From Felis catus (taxonomy: Eukaryota), in assembly GCF_018350175.1 (NCBI RefSeq), contig NC_058369.1:11410001-11474000 (forward strand): a stretch of DNA of 64,000 nt, written 5' to 3'. Positions 1 to 14,765 of this stretch are shown here, one piece after another; position 1 is the stretch's first letter; every line of letters begins with the position of its first letter. A program made the position numbers and the translations under genes. The notes under the pieces were generated by a model, which had not been told where the DNA came from, did not search any database, and worked only from the letters and a program-made list of their open reading frames with translations.

Positions 1-469
1 CCCAGCCCTGCTGCCTGCCTTGAGCCAGGTGACCCAAGGCAGAGATGAGCCACCTACCTGCTAAGGGAGCAGAGACACACTCAAGTTCTCTGTTCCCCAG
101 TAGGGGGGCACCAGGCCCACACGGACGTGGTGGTCAGGAGGACCGCGAGGAAGGCCCAGCAGATCACAACACTGCCAATTCAGAATCCCTGTCCTTCTGC
201 TTTAGAAACCAATCAGCAGGCCCATTAAATTAGGGGCACTGAGATTTCTGCGCCATCTTTTCTCTGTAAAAGCTGCTAGAAGCTGGAGGGTTGACCAGCT
301 CAGGTGCAGTAAAAGGTTCCGTTGTTACATATGGTTCACATCACTGTGCTGATGGTTAGATCTGGGTGGACAGATTTGTTAATTTAAAATGTTCCTGTGA
401 TGGGTACACAGTGAAAGCAAAACTTCGATGTGGACAAGATCAAAACTGTGAGGCTAAAACATACTCCAG

Positions 470-667
470 CAGGGGCAGGCTGATTTTTCCTATAAAGGGC
501 CAGGGAAGAAATACAGCCAGCTGTACAAGGCATACAGTCTATAGCAATACTCCATCATGCCACTGCTGCACTGGGAAAGCAGCCCACCCACAAGCCTTAG
601 ACAAATGAGCGTGGCTATATGCCAATAACACTCAGACTGGCCCGTGAGCCGGAGTTTGCAAGCCCCG
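470..667 (+). mobile_element. MER58A-like hAT-Charlie DNA transposon relic
   Basis: cagggg...tttttcctataaagggccag...gagcgtggctatatgccaataa...ctggcccgtgagccggagtttgcaagccccg follows the MER58 consensus. Confidence 0.7.
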
Positions 668-746
668 TTCCAAAGATTTCTAGACTTTGTGTCAGGGCGA
701 GGGAAACGTTTGCGACAAAATATTATGTTAGAAACGCGGAATACAA

Positions 747-920
747 GGGGTGCCTGGATGGCTCAGTCTTTAGGCCTCCGACTCTCAATTTTGGATCACG
801 TCGTGATCCCTTCGTGACATTGACCCCCAGTGTTGGGATTCTCTCTCTGGCCCTCCCCCGCTCACATGCACAGTCTCTCTCAAAAGAAATAAACTTAAAA
901 AAAGTAAAACAAAAAAAGAA
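747..920 (+). mobile_element. Can-SINE (SINEC)
   Basis: ggggtgcctggatggctcag head, CT-rich region, A tail. Confidence 0.85.
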
Positions 921-3900
921 TAAGAGAATACAAAATTACAGGTTAAATTAGGTAATGGTGTGCAAATGAGCGGGTACACGGAACCATACAATGAAGTGGG
1001 ACAGGGGTGGTGGGTGTGTGGAGGACTCTAAAACCCAACCAACCTACCAGTACGTAGGTAAAAACAGCACGGCTTCTCTGCAATCAGACACCTTTCGCAA
1101 ACCCCCACTGACCGACCTCTCTTGCTGTGTTCCGTCTCTCTGCCTGGCGAGCAGGCCTCCACTGCTACTCAAAGCAGCCCTGACCTGGGCCAAGACTCCA
1201 AATTACAAGCTAAAAGATTATGACAGAAATACAATGTCATTAATACAAACACTGCATTGCCACTGACCTGGGTCTAGGGTTGTACCCTTCATAGGAAAGG
1301 TTAAGTGACATCTTCTTCCGGTTGCCTCTTTTAAAGCTATTACTCCGACTCTTTTAACTGTCTCATTTTTATACCTTTTATTTTCAGCTATTTGCTTTTC
1401 TAAAAGAGCTGGTGCAGTGTTATGTGGCACTGAGGTGAACCTACACTGTAATATAGAACGCGAAAGGACTGTTAATTCACGTAGAAAAAATCCTGCTTTG
1501 AGAAGTGAACTCCAAGATGGCCACAGAGTGCACGGCCATGCGGAAGGCAAAGCCGAAGTAGACAGTGAGGCTGGGTACTTCTTCCACTCAGATGAGGGTT
1601 TTTTGGGAGGAAGGACAAAGACACTGGAAAACACAAGAATCTGTAGGGCACCAAGGGTGACAGAGAACATTCACCTCTTGACAGTGAAAACTACTGTAAT
1701 GAGGGGAAAGTCTAAGAGTGAGAAACCAGGATTAGTTCCAACTAGGCCGACAGTCAGTCTTGGGCTGCCCAGTTGTAGACCAGAAAGCTTCTGAGGGTGA
1801 TATCACACTGTCCTCTGGAACCCTCTCATTTCCAACGAAAGGATAAAAATCAAGTTCATGATCCTCATGAACAAAACTTAAAACTATAAAAGACAGTCAA
1901 CTACGGTGTTTGCAGCACGTCAAACACCAGGGAAACATGTCAGCACTGACCTCCAAGCAAGTGATCGAAGGCAAGCTGTTTGGGAATCTGGGAGGCCAAG
2001 AAGGAGATGAGTGAAGGGCAGGTGACGAACAGCCTGCACAGCCAGTGGCTAGCACCACACAGGGGAAGGTGGTTCACGCCTGTGGCTGGAATGTTCCACA
2101 ACGTGCCAGCTCAGCACATAGGCCTGTTATGTGTAAATGGAAACAACGTGTGAACAGACCCATGAGTGGGAAAGGCAACACTTCAATCAACCCTTCTACA
2201 ATTTGATACCCTGGGAAGCAGGGGTAACAGGGCGGGGTGATATCCCCAACAAGAACACATCATGCCTCTGAGCTCTTCAAAACAGTAGAATGGTGGCTGA
2301 GAACAAGACTCAAGGCATCCCTGGGGCCCACCTATGTTCACTGGGGACAAAAGGGGATCAGGAAACAGGGCCAGAAAAAGTGTTTCTAGGGACCACATGA
2401 CCACGGAGAGGCCTCACTGAGAGGAAAGGTCAAACCAGGCCTTCAACGGCCGAGAGGACACATGGAAACAGGAGGACGTTCCAAGGTGCCAGGAATAGCA
2501 GCATGCATGAAGGACAAGGCACACATCGACTCTGGGTTTAGAGACGCAGAAGCCTGGTTACCTTGATGAAGAGCTAATGCGTACGGGGTAACCTTTTCCT
2601 CAACAATCTTACCCTCTGACCCTCACTCCGAAGTTGAATTTTACAAGAAAAACCCGTGAAAAAGGTTACATCTGTCAGTATCAGGTAATCTCAGGAAGTG
2701 ATTCTAGCAAAGATGACTTTTCTTCTCACCATGCCTCAGTTCCATCAGGTACAGAACCCAGATAATACGGGTGGGAGTGGGGGACAACATCACTTTTCCC
2801 AAAGGAAAGGGAACACAGAAAGTGACAAAGTTAATGTCACAACTGGAAAGACCCCAAGTCCCCAGTTCCCAAAGCAGGAACTGAAAGACTGACCCAAGGC
2901 CTAAAGACAACCAGTCGTGAGAGTGGACAATGTCAAAACTGGACGTCTACTCCAAGAGTATACAGCAACAGGCTGGTCCTCTGAGAGGGAAACGGGCCAA
3001 GGGGCCCACCTTCCACACGGCCTTGACTTCCTGTCAGGCACCTCTTCTCTCAGGTAAGGGGTAAGCTTACCACTCCTTTGTCTGCTGGGAGGCCTCAGCC
3101 CTCAGCAAATATTCAGTGTCTACTTTTGCCCTGACAATCTGACCCTGTCATTTTGAGATGGATGCTTGGATGTCAATAAAACAACCTCCTCTAGATCTCA
3201 GTAGTTTTCAGAGAGCAAAGTTACAGAGCAAGGACAAAACTCAAACCACTTCAGGAGAGAACAGCAAAGGAAGTTAAGAACTGGAGAGATCTGTTGTTCT
3301 GTGAGAACTAATGTTCTTGTTGCCATTAGTTCCACCCAACGTCCACTGCAGTAAATGAGCCACCAAGTCAAGTGCCCCAACTCCCGGCGCTGACAAGGCG
3401 GGGAACGCAGATACCAGAGAGAAAAGGACAAATGACACAAAGCACATCTGATCTCCTTGCAAGACCACCTGCCATCCCCCTCCTCCCGTCTCCAGCCTGC
3501 TCCCCCCTGGGCAGCATGGGCCTTGCTGGCAGGCAGCGATCACTGTCCCAGGAGAGCCTTGGCTGGAGCCAAGCCAGCATCTCAGACTCAGATTCTATGG
3601 CATGGCCCAAGTTTACTCCCTGGCAGACACAGTCAGCTCGTCCCTAGTTAGTGACCACCTAGGAATAAGAGCTGCTTGCTAGTGAGGAGCTTTCAAATCA
3701 TCAAAAGCCAAAACACCTGCCCACTGAACAGACTATGGCTCACTCAGTGAACCTGCAGCACTCCCCACAACTTCTCGCGGCCTTTGTGTGAAAACTGTGA
3801 GAAATACTGAAGGAAGAGGAACTAACGTTCATCACATAGGAAGCTTCACACCAGGGCCTGGCACACACGATGACGGAATAAACAGAAATGTGCACACACA

Positions 3901-4509
3901 TGCATGGTCCTCAGTGAAAACGGCCCTGCACTGGGTTTAGTAACTGGTTTTCAAACTGTGCCCAGGGAAAGCTGGAGACCTAAATATCGGGCGGCTTGAG
4001 GTCCAGGCCTTTCCCAGCTCTCCATGCCAGGCATGTGTTGCCTGGGAGGGAGCAGAACTCATCCGAGCTAGTGCCCCCTCTATACTCTTTGGGGTCCCAA
4101 TGCCCTCCCACCAATGATTCCCACACCTCTGCTGAGGACCTGGGGCCAAGAGCTAGACCCAAGAAGAACAGGGGCGGGCCTTCTCCCATGTATGCAGAAA
4201 CACAGATCAGAACTCACGTTCCTCCTGTCCCTCAGCAAACCTCGCCTCGCGCAGGTGACAGAAGGGGCAGAGAGCCTCTTCCACTTAGTGGAGGAGCAGA
4301 GGTGTGCCTACAGCTCAGATACTCCCAGGCCTTAGGCCTTGTTGGGACAGAGGGAAAGAACAAGCAAATGAAACTCCGGTGAAAATTCACCAAAAACCAA
4401 CATGGCCTAAAAACCTCAGTAGCCCAGATAGGGAAATAAGAGGAAGACCTGAAGGAGGGAGGCCAGAAGCTGCTGCACAAAGAAAGTGATATTTTGTATT
4501 TATACCGTA

Positions 4510-4985
4510 TCCACCTGTGCCTCATACAAATATAACATGGCCACCTCCAACAATTTGATATTGTCTACTAGTCGCAGTAATGTAAAAAGGTGAAGTTAAC
4601 AGCATATTTCACTGAATACTCAATAGTTCTACTCCACTGAAACCAACATAACCAAAGTACCACCTCAACTTATAAGCACTATAAAAAGCTGGGACATTTT
4701 AATTTCTTCTCATACTAACTGTGTGAGATTCGAGTGAGTACTCCATGCTTACAGCACATCTCAATGCAGGAACTAAATTTTCATGAAGTATTTCATAAAA
4801 CATTGTATCTGCATTTAGATTCTATAAAATTTATGGATGAAAAGTAGATTCACATACCCAAGGTGTTCCAAACATACTAAAACTTCTCCAATAACTAAAT
4901 TAAGCATCAGTAAAATTTTAAAATTCAGTTCCCCAGTCACACAAGCCACATTTTGATGCTCAAGAGGCCTAATACGTTAGCACTG
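4510..4985. mobile_element. hAT-Charlie1/MER33-related DNA transposon fragment
   Basis: cttacagcacatctcaat and aaattcagttccccagtcacacaagccacattt motifs. Confidence 0.55.
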
Positions 4986-5299
4986 ATCTTATAAACATCT
5001 GGAAGATTCCTCCTCTAGAAAGGAAGCCAGGGCACACATTTTAGGGACTTGACTCCAGGGCCACAGGGACCCAGATCCACTACACATTCAGGGTTGGTTT
5101 GACCCTAGTCAGTTCACACCTACCACCTTCACCACCCCAAAATCCACGTATGCTTTAAATCAACTTGCTTTTTACAAACTTAAATGTATTTATTTAAAAG
5201 AAAACATTAACATATCCCATGTGATGTGTGTGAACCTGTTTGAATGAGACAGACATTATGGGAGACAACAGAAGAAATCTTAACATGGGTTGCAACGAA

Positions 5300-5805
5300 T
5301 CTGACTACTCAAGCACCTCACGTAAGTGGATTCAGTATTTGTCTTTTTTTTTTTTTTAATTTTTAATGTTTATTTATTTTTGAGAGACAGAGAGACAGAG
5401 CGTGAGCAGGGGAAGGGAGAGACAGAATCTGAAGCAAGCTCCAGGCTCTAAGCTATCAGCACAGAGCCCAACATGGGGCTCGAATTCATGAACTGTGAGA
5501 TCGTGATGTGAGGCGAAGTCTGACGCTTAAAACCAACTGAACCACCCAGGCGTTCCCTGTATTTGTCCTTTTTTTAACTGGCTTCGTTCGCTCTGTAAAA
5601 TGTCCTCAAGGCTCATCCATGTTGTAACCTGTATGAGAATTTCCTTCCTTTTTAAGGCTGAATAAATATTTCATTGTATGGACAGATGACATTTGTTTAT
5701 CTGTTCATCCGTCCACGTACACCTGGGTTGCTTCTACCTTTTGGCCATTTTGACCAATGCTGCTATGAACACGGACGTACAAATATCTGTTACAGTCCCT
5801 GCTTT
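5300..5805 (-). mobile_element. L1M 3'-end fragment interrupted by a SINE
   Basis: aaggctcatccatgttgtaacc...ttccttcctttttaaggctgaataaatattt is typical L1 antisense 3' sequence. Confidence 0.75.
5344..5557 (-). mobile_element. Can-SINE with TSD gtatttgtc
   Basis: Poly-T, gagagacag, ...ccacccaggcg; flanking duplication present. Confidence 0.9.
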
Positions 5806-8800
5806 CAACAAAATGCCCTTATTCTTAAAGAGATGTTTGCCAAAGTACATGAGGTAAAATCACATCTGCAACTTACTTTCAAAGGATTAGAAAAAAACAA
5901 AAACCTGTGCACTGATAATTATACGTAACTAAAAGAAAAAGAAGAAAAAAGCCATTAACTTAACAACCAGCATCAGCTGCTATGAAGACAAAGCCGGTGT
6001 AAAAATAAGTACAATGAAAACAACATCATTGGCGTGGCTGCTGGCCAGAGTCTGAGCTACGCTCAATTTGCAAATTCTCCCATGGGGAAATGCTAGTCCC
6101 TGGAATAGTTAGAGTCACCTTACTGAGGCTCCCACAATTTAGGAACATTATTGGGGGTGGGTGGGTGGGTGGAAATCAAGTTCAGCACTGAGGCTACTGC
6201 AGGAGCAAAACAAGAACAACAGCAAAAAAGGCAGAAGATGGGGGTCAGACTCAGATAATTTTAGAGGCTGAATCCCAATTGTTGAGGTCAAAGGGGAGCC
6301 CAGGATTAACGTCAACTGGTGAACCATCATCGCAAGACAAACTCTGTCCCTGGTAAAAAGCTGATTACCAGTGGACAGGAGCAGACCGAGCAGAGTAGCA
6401 GCTGAGTAACAGGGCTGAGTGAGACCACTCAGGAAATTTTGTGTCCAGAGAGGAGAGTACCCAGAAGAATGTTCAACCAAAGTCCCTGCTGGGGAAGTAG
6501 GCAGAAACGTGGGACTCTGCATCTTCTTGGATGCAGACACTGAAAGGCAAGTTAGAGAGAGACAAGGTGTAGGCCATGTGGTCTCAGGCACCACGGCTGC
6601 TCCCGGCATTTTCAATCAGGCTGTTGGCAACTTAATCAGAGGACTGAGGAAAATCTAAGTTTGTCCTACGAGTGCTGAATAGTAATACGAAAGGGGAGGA
6701 AGCAGAAACCATCCTAGAAAAAAGTGCACTCGATATTGAAGGAGAGTGTTAGACCAAAGTAAACACAACTAAAAGGGCGAGGTGAGATGTGAAAATAACA
6801 CGTAAAGGTTTCAGAGCCTGGGCAAAAAGGTTCTGCCGGGCCCCCAGGTTCGTCATAACTAGGAGGGACTGGAATGCAGGGGCCAGCCATAAACTGTAGC
6901 TGTTCCGTACTTGTTTCGTGAGACAAACGCAGAATTCAGCCAGGACTACTGACAAACCCTGAGCACCTCCCACAAGCACAGAAGACTCTGCATTTCCCTT
7001 GTTCCGATTTGGCCGCTGAGCAGCTGGTGCTACCCAGGACAGTGCACGGCACCAGGCCAACGTGAGGAAGTCAACGCCTGAGGGCGGCCTCCGAGCTGGG
7101 TGGTGGGCCCTGTCCCCAGCAGATGGAGGAGGGCAGAGCTCTGAGTCCACCCTCAGTGAATGGCATGAATGAGCTCTTTCATTGGTGGAGGAGAACACGC
7201 AACAGTACCATCTGCTGAGGGGAGAGAAAGGTCAGAGGAACGGGCACCGAGTCCTCAGCTCTCCACTGACGAAAACAACTGCCCAGGTCCCTACTGTGTC
7301 AAGGTGGCACGGCCTAAACTCGAGACGAGGCCTGAACACGAGGAGCTCAACAACAGAAGCTACAGTCTCTCCATCCACAACAACTGTAGGAAACCAAAGT
7401 GTAGAACGACCCTGGAATTTCTTTATGTCTTTCTTCTACCTCTGGCTGCCCTTCTTCAGCTCCCCCACATTCCCACCCAGCCCCCCATGCTTCCAGGTTC
7501 AGATACAAGTGCCTGGAGCAAGTGAGGCTTGAGATGCTTCACCCAAACGTCTCCAAACTACCCTAGTGGAAAGCTTAGGCTTCTGAGTTAAAATCAGGAA
7601 AAAACTTGGTAGCATTTCCCCAAACCCAAACCACTATCAGGGGAGCTCCAAAGCTGAGGACGGTGTGGCTCGTTGGGGCACTGGCCCGACACCCCGCCCC
7701 CACCACCCCGACCACCTCCAGCCAGCTCCTTGCCCTCACAGACAAGGCAAGGGGTACTACTGCCCGGCCGAACACCACCACCTCAGCAAGGGGCTCAGGT
7801 CAGGGGAGGAGTCCTAAGTGGGCTGCCACGGCTGAGGAGTTCATTTGTTTGTTTGTTTTTGGTCTCTCGGAGAGGTCTGGTTCAAAGGCAGGACAGAAAA
7901 GAAAAAAATACCTGACCTGCAGGCTCAGGTGTGGGGAGGGTGTCACACACTTGGAAGGTAAGAATCTCTAATAATATCTCTAATAACAGAGGTGCATGAA
8001 CAAGGTGGCTTTTGAAATCCAGAGGATGGAGCTCGTCTAAGACTTTACTGAGGACCAATTTGGGATTAAAAATAAGCCCCCATCAATCCCCTCCCAACCC
8101 TACAAAACCTAATGACATTTAAAACAGAGACTAGGTTGAACGACATGCAGATTATTAGAAGTGTATTCAAATGGAGTCCATGTTAAAAATTTAGTACTGG
8201 ACCATTTCAATTCTCTTCAAAATGCAGCACTGCCTTATAATGGAATTTTCGATGTGCCTTCACTAATCCTGTTACCATGTTAGAGCACAAAAATAGAATT
8301 TGTTCCCTTGGAGTTCACCAGTTGCCATAGAAATGGCATCAAAATGCATTATACTTTCGGGTGAAGAAATGCACCATGGGTGCTGAAGAAAAATCCCCAT
8401 CAAATCCAGTTCAAACTCAAATCCCTTTCATAATAAATGGATGCAAGCACATCAAGTATCCTTAGACCACCACCCAAACAGATGTGCTCCAGGCCCAGGA
8501 GAAAAAGGAAGCTCACTCATTCACACAACACCAACATACAGAACATCAGTCCTATGGAAGAACCTTGAGGCAAACACAACTGACCCAGCCAGGCTATCCT
8601 CACGGCTGGGACCCACCGTTAACTCTGCCCCTGCCCTGAGCGCACCCCACAGGTGATCAAGTTCCCAGCACACACACCTCCTCCTGTCACCAAGTCTGTA
8701 GTTGCCATGTTTCTGATTTGTGCCATTTTCATACTGAACCATATTTATGAAAAAGTAAGCTCCCGTGTCCCCTCAACAGACAAGTTTCCTCATGGGTTAG

Positions 8801-9549
8801 GTTCACCATCTCTAGTGAGTAGACAAGAGACACAGGCCACTAGAGATTTGATTTCAATCCAAGGTATGAGAGGTTTTAAAAAGTGTTCTTTATAAATGGG
8901 GGAAAAAAAAAAAAAGTCTTACTGCATCACAGAAGTAATGGTCCCACAGCAGGACCTAGACAGAGAGTGGTAGGCAGATGGTGCTTTGGATCCTGCAAAA
9001 CCCCAAATCAAGGGGTTCTGGTAAGAGTTCCTTCCTTCTGTTAGCTTTACTCCTGTGATCTGAATGTCCTTCCTCCCCTCACCAAACAGTATCTGTTTGG
9101 CCTGCTCTGCTTCTGACTTTTGTCGCCCTGTTTCGCCGATATGTGCTAATAGATCTGTTCTAGTATGTATGTTTGGCACGGGTCTATGAGGAAATGGTGC
9201 TGAGGTGAAGAACAGGCTGAAAACCAACTCCTGGTCCAGGCTGGCCAAGAAGCAGGACCCTGGGAATGAGTGGGCATACTCCACCATTTGTTGGTTTGGG
9301 TAAAAACTTTGCATTTCGGATCCAGCCATCAACAACCTTACAACACTGCAACACTGCAGGCTCTTGGGATTCGGCACAAAGACACCTGTTGTCCTCATGG
9401 GTTCCCATTTCAGCCCATAGGTGGGGGTATGGGGACAAGCAAGAATGAAGATGACAACTAAAATTATGTAGTGTTCTATGGAGAGAGAGAAAAAAAAAAG
9501 AGCAAGGGTGCACATGAGATTGGGGCTTTTTAAAAATTTTTAAGTTTTT

Positions 9550-9770
9550 AAAAAAAATTTTTTTTTCAATGTTTGTTTATTTTTGGAAGAGAGAGAGACA
9601 GAGCATGAACGGGGGAGGGGCAGAGAGAGAGGGAGACACAGAATCGGAAACAGGCTCCAGGCTCTGAGCCATCAGCCCAGAGCCCGACGCGGGGCTCGAA
9701 CTCACGGACCGCGAGATGGTGACCTGGCTGAAGTCGGACGCTTAACCGACTGCGCCACCCAGGCGCCCCC
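9550..9770 (-). mobile_element. Young felid SINEC_Fc with 17-bp TSD aaaatttttaagttttt
   Basis: CpG-rich, near-consensus copy; TSD at 9533-9549 and 9771-9787. Confidence 0.95.
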
Positions 9771-11514
9771 AAAATTTTTAAGTTTTTTAAAGGAATCCCT
9801 TGGGACTTTCACAAGTGAGGCTCTGTGGTTCCTGATCTCTTCTCATTTCCTCTGTATTATGCACTAAATGGGATAACAGTCCACGCAGAAAACAAGCTTT
9901 CTCCACGGAAACATCTTTCATGTGTAAATTAACTCTAAAGCCTGTTTCCCAGATACATGTATCTGCTCTGTACACAGGGGCTTGTGGCTTACTTCAAACT
10001 GCAGCTTCCACTCAGACAGCATCTTTACACGATCACCTTTAAAGACAATAAAAAAGGACTGAATATATTCACCTTCAATAATTTACATACAAGACAACAC
10101 AGCTCATTATAAGCCTGTTCTGCACCACAACTTTACTTTCAGCGCAGACACTGATTATAACCAGTGTAGGCAGCCACATTCTGTTCCAGAGTCAAGTGTC
10201 AGTTCAGCGGTTCTCAGACTGTACCCCTCAGGCAGGCTGCAGCCAGGAAGATGCAAATTCCTCAGTACACTAGCTGTTTTGCAGGCAGTCGCTATATGAT
10301 TCCCTAAACAAATAAATGCCACAGTTGTAAGCTGAAGGACTGCTATTCAACTGATCAAAGCCTGATTTTTCATTCCACAAACATGTTCCACCTTTACTTC
10401 GGGAAAGCAGGCCAAAGAGAGTCCTCCAGTTATGACAAGAAGCCGCTAGACTCCACGGCCCTGCCCAGTGGTCTCTCTGTCCCGGAATTCTCAGGAGCGC
10501 CACAGCTCCCATGTGCCAAAGGCAAAAGAGCTTCAGGTCACAATCCTCTGGGGAGATGCCGTCATGACCCCCACCCTTCAACTCGGACTCTGGGGACTCA
10601 TCTACACCCCAAGGATTCCTCTTTGCTGGTGGAAACCCTGGCCCCAGAGCCCCCGGCATTACTTGGATTACACGATGGACTGTGAAGAAAGTGGTCTGCC
10701 TTAATAAGGCACTGTGAGCACAGGACAAAACATCTACAGATGCTTCCCAAACTGAAAGCATCCTAAGTCCTGGGTTTCACAATTTCAGGCCCAAGCAGAT
10801 TCCCGCACAGGAAGGAGAGGAGCTCTCTGCTCAGCACCAGGCAGGCAGAAGGATGGGCACCTCATCTTGGAAGCCAGTGCCCAGGGAGAGGCTGGCTCCT
10901 GTCAGACTGCCACACCGAGCACGCACCCAGGCGTCCTCACAACAGGCACCTGCAGTTGAAGCCAACAGCTCAAGGGGGCCAATGGAAGCACCACTCAAAA
11001 TGGTGACATCCAGACAGAAAAATCAATGAGTACCAAACTCAAAACAAGATTAGCTAAACCTTGGCTACCAATGTAAAAACTGAAGCCACAAAATAAACCT
11101 GAAACTCAACAGTTTAGTTCCACCAGAGAGGCTGATGAGGGGTTCCTGGCCTTGGAAGTCCTGGGAGGGTGGCACTGGGTAGGGCCACCACAAAGCCCCA
11201 CACCACCAGGAAGGCAGGCTTATCTCTGTTCCCAGAACAGCAGATTAGAAGCAGCCCACTGAAAGGGGAGTGGAGCAGTTGAAGGCACAGGAGGAGGAAG
11301 CAACAGCTGGCAATTTGATAGCAAGCAAGGAGACAACTGTGCCGTTTTACCAGAAGAAAAAACAGCCAACAATTTAACTGCCACAGCAGAGGACAACAGC
11401 CTCAGGCAACCTGTGCAGGTACCACCCATTATTCTGTGGTGAACACGACCAAAATTCAGCGAGGGGGCCCCAGCTATCTACCCAGAAGAGGCAGGACACA
11501 CTCATCAAAAAAAA

Positions 11515-12035
11515 TGTTTTTATTGTTGTAAAATATACACAACATAAAGTTTACCATTTTAACCATTTTTTAAGTGTAAAATTCAGTGGCATTAATAAAT
11601 ACATTCTCACCACTGTGCAGCCATCACCACCATCCTTCAGAACTTCTCCACCTTCCCAAACCAAACCTCTGCCCACTAAACAGTAACTCCCAGCCCACTT
11701 CCTCCCCCATCCCTGGCTCCCACTATTCCCTTTTCTGTCTCTAGGAATTTGACTATTTCATAAGGTAGTTATCTCATGCAAGCAGGATCATATAGCACTT
11801 GCCCTATGTATCTGATTTACTTCACTCAGAAGTAGTTGTATCTGATTTACTTCACTCAGCATGATGTCTTCAAGGTTCATCCATGTTGTAGCCTGTACCA
11901 GAATTTCCTTCCTTTCTCAAGTGAGTAATATCCCATTATATGGCTGTGTCATACTTTATCAATTCGTCTGTCAGCCGACATTTGGGTTGCTTCTACCTTT
12001 TGGGTTTTGTCACTAGTGCTATTAAGAACATTGCT
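11515..12035 (-). mobile_element. L1MB-type 3'-end fragment with a 23-bp internal direct duplication (11807-11829 / 11837-11859)
   Basis: tttaccattttaaccattttttaagtgta...ttcaaggttcatccatgttgtagc. Confidence 0.85.
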
Positions 12036-12454
12036 AAAGGCACACGCCTGTTTACCCGAGGGCAAAGATTCCGGTAATTGATTTTGGAAGGTTTTCCATC
12101 TCAAATGACTAGCAGAAATAGCTTCAGGACTTAAGTCAACACCCCAATTCCCCGATTTCAGCAGGGCTCAAATGTAGCCAAAACAGTCAACTGGATCTTA
12201 ATTTAATAAACCAGACCACCATTCCTCAGACTAAGGTGGTGGTGCTCGGCAATGAAGATAGCAAAGGAAGTAAATAAAAACCTTTAGCCAAGCATTCCCA
12301 AAAAAGCCTACAACTTGCCCAATGTATGTCTTTCCTCATGACACCGTGAAGCTTCTGTATGCTCTACATTCAACACCTGCCCAGGGTGAAATCAGGTTCC
12401 AACAGCAGTTTACAGAAGTGTACAGTTGGCAGCTTTCAGGAAACCGTAAGAACT

Positions 12455-12580
12455 ATTGATTCCTGGGCCCCTTCCCACAGAGATTCCAACGAAAAGGATG
12501 CTGGGTGGGGGCCAAGTATTAGGATTTGCAAAAGCTCCCCAGGTGATTCTAAAATCCAAGCCAAGATTGTGAACCACTGC
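12455..12580. mobile_element. MER5A-like DNA transposon fragment
   Basis: gattcctgggcccc...aagctccccaggtgattct...gaaccactg. Confidence 0.65.
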
Positions 12581-14004
12581 ACAATCCAGAACAGTCAAGA
12601 AATGGGGCACCACGTCAGGACATACCAGGAGTCTGTGAGTTTTCACAAATGTAATTCACAGCAATTTTCTCATAATCTAAAGCTAAACATTTCTGTGTTG
12701 AGTAAAACATAAATGAAAACACCAAAGAGGAATGTTCTCCTTCGCTTGCATTTCTGCAGCTGTAACTGATAATGGTCTGGATATGCAGTTCACAGTGGAG
12801 GAGACACCCTGACCTCCATGTACCCATTTAGAGGACAGGCACCAGATACTCCACTGTGATCTCCACTAGCTTAGATGCAACACACCCTCATGTAGAGATT
12901 TCTGGGGTCCGTTCATTTCCTCTTCAGTCACGAAGCCAAGGGATGGAAAGAGGAATGGTGGGATAGGATTCTGTCGCCAGCATTGAATACGACCAAGAGG
13001 TTATATTCTGGGTGTGGAAATTTCCCCTTTCCCACTGTGCTTGTAGGAAAGTCTTCTCAACATACCATGGGCAACCAGCAACCCAGGGCAAGCTCATGAT
13101 GCAAAGGTACATCAGGCCAGTTCCTGGGACTTTTCTCTGCTGGGTTCCCAGGGAAGAATGTTGTAAATGATGGCTGGGTGCCAGGGCTAATCCAAAATGA
13201 ACAGAATCGCTGATCTCCTCGGAGCCTGGGGCTCTAGGGCCTGGCTGACATCCCAAATTCCTAGGATATAGAGAGCCAGTGTAGGGCGAGGCCTGGAGTT
13301 TGGGGCCCTGTGTGGTAGAACGACATGGCAGTCAAGGATAATGAATGGTGTGGGGTAGGCTATCCTACACCCCAGAAGGCCATTCCGAGAACAAAGAATG
13401 AACATGTCTGCCTTCAAAAAAGGGAAGAGAAAAAACTGTTCTTTAGCTATGATTATTTCCCTAGCTGCCTCAACACTCTACACCTTAACACTACTTGTGC
13501 TGTGTTGACTCTCCACGTCAGCCACCGACTGATTACGGGGACCATGAAGGGGGACACTGGCCCAAGGAACAGGTGATACAGTTGGAGCGGAACCTTGGTA
13601 GAGCCCGCCCACCCCAGACAACCAGCTTGCTAAAGGAAGCTATGCCATATCTGAACTCCTCTTGCAGCACGCAAATGCTATGGTCTGGTATCTATGCAAA
13701 ACGTGTCCCCAGCACCTCAGGGCACCAGGGCACTCAAGGATTCTCATCAGGTTCCCCTTCTCTCACACAGATATCCTCACTGTTGCTTGCATGTGTACCA
13801 TTCAGACACTCTTGATTACTTACTTTGAGATATAGCAGGCCCTCCCTGTCTGGAATACCCTGCCCTTCACAGCACCCCATTCTGGCAAACCCTTCTCCTT
13901 CAAGAAGCCTTCCCTGAGTCTCTACCCCTTCCCAACCCAAGTCTGCCTTAAGTGGTCTTCTCAAGGATTCCCGTGGCCAGATTTGGTCTCATCACAATCA
14001 CAGA

Positions 14005-14540
14005 ATCTACTGAATGCTGAGAAAACTCGATGCTTTTCCCCTAAGATCTGGACCAAGGCAAGAGTGTCCTTTCTTACCACTCCTTTTCAACTTTGTCCTA
14101 GAAGTCCTAATGCATTAAGAAAAGGAAATGAAGGGGCACCTCGGTAGCTCAGTAGGTTAAGTGCCCAACTCTTTACTTAGGCTCAGGTCATGATCCCAGG
14201 GTCGTGGCATCAAACCCCGTGTTGGGCTCCATGCTGAGTGTGGTGTCTGCTTAAGGTAGTCTCTCTTCCCCCCTCCCCCACTTGTTCTCTCTCCCTCTCC
14301 CTCTAAAAAGAGAAAAAGAAAAACGAAAAGGAACTGAAAGGGATACAGACTAGAAAGGAAGGAATAAAACCAATTTTATTTGCACAGGACAGGACTGCCT
14401 ATGTAGAAAATCCCAAAGACTCAAAACTCCCTGGAACTATAAAGCAATTACAGCAAGGATGCAGGATACAAGGTTACTACACAAAAGGTAACTTTCCTAT
14501 ACACCAGCAATGAAAAATTAGAATTTGAAATTACAAGCAA
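14005..14540 (+). mobile_element. L1 ORF2 (reverse transcriptase region) relic split by a SINE at 14133-14325
   Basis: ctaagatctggaccaaggcaagagtgtcc...ttatttgcacaggacaggactgcctatgtagaaaatccc is a degenerate LFADDMIVYVENP; the SINE is flanked by the TSD gaaaaggaa.tgaa. Confidence 0.8.
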
Positions 14541-14653
14541 CCACGGCATCCAACAAACTAGGATTATGTCTGCTCCTCTCCTTCAAAGTTCATATTGCTA
14601 TGAATAGCATCAAATCAGCACCTGTCAGGTTGAAAGATCCCAATAAATGTTTA

Positions 14654-14765
14654 AAGAGCCTGGAGCCTGCTTCGGATTCTGGGTCTCCCTCTCTCTGCTC
14701 CTCCCCAGCTCGCGTGCGCGCGCTCTCTCTCTCTATCAAAAATAAACATTAAAAAACAAAAACCA
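14654..14765 (+). mobile_element. 5'-truncated Can-SINE
   Basis: agagcctggagcctgcttcggattc...aaaaataaacattaaaa. Confidence 0.8.

Noticed and set aside
95..112. CTCF-like CCAGTAGGGGGGCA (also a similar motif near 22891)
   Set aside because: An extra G disrupts the core spacing; too weak to call without ChIP data.
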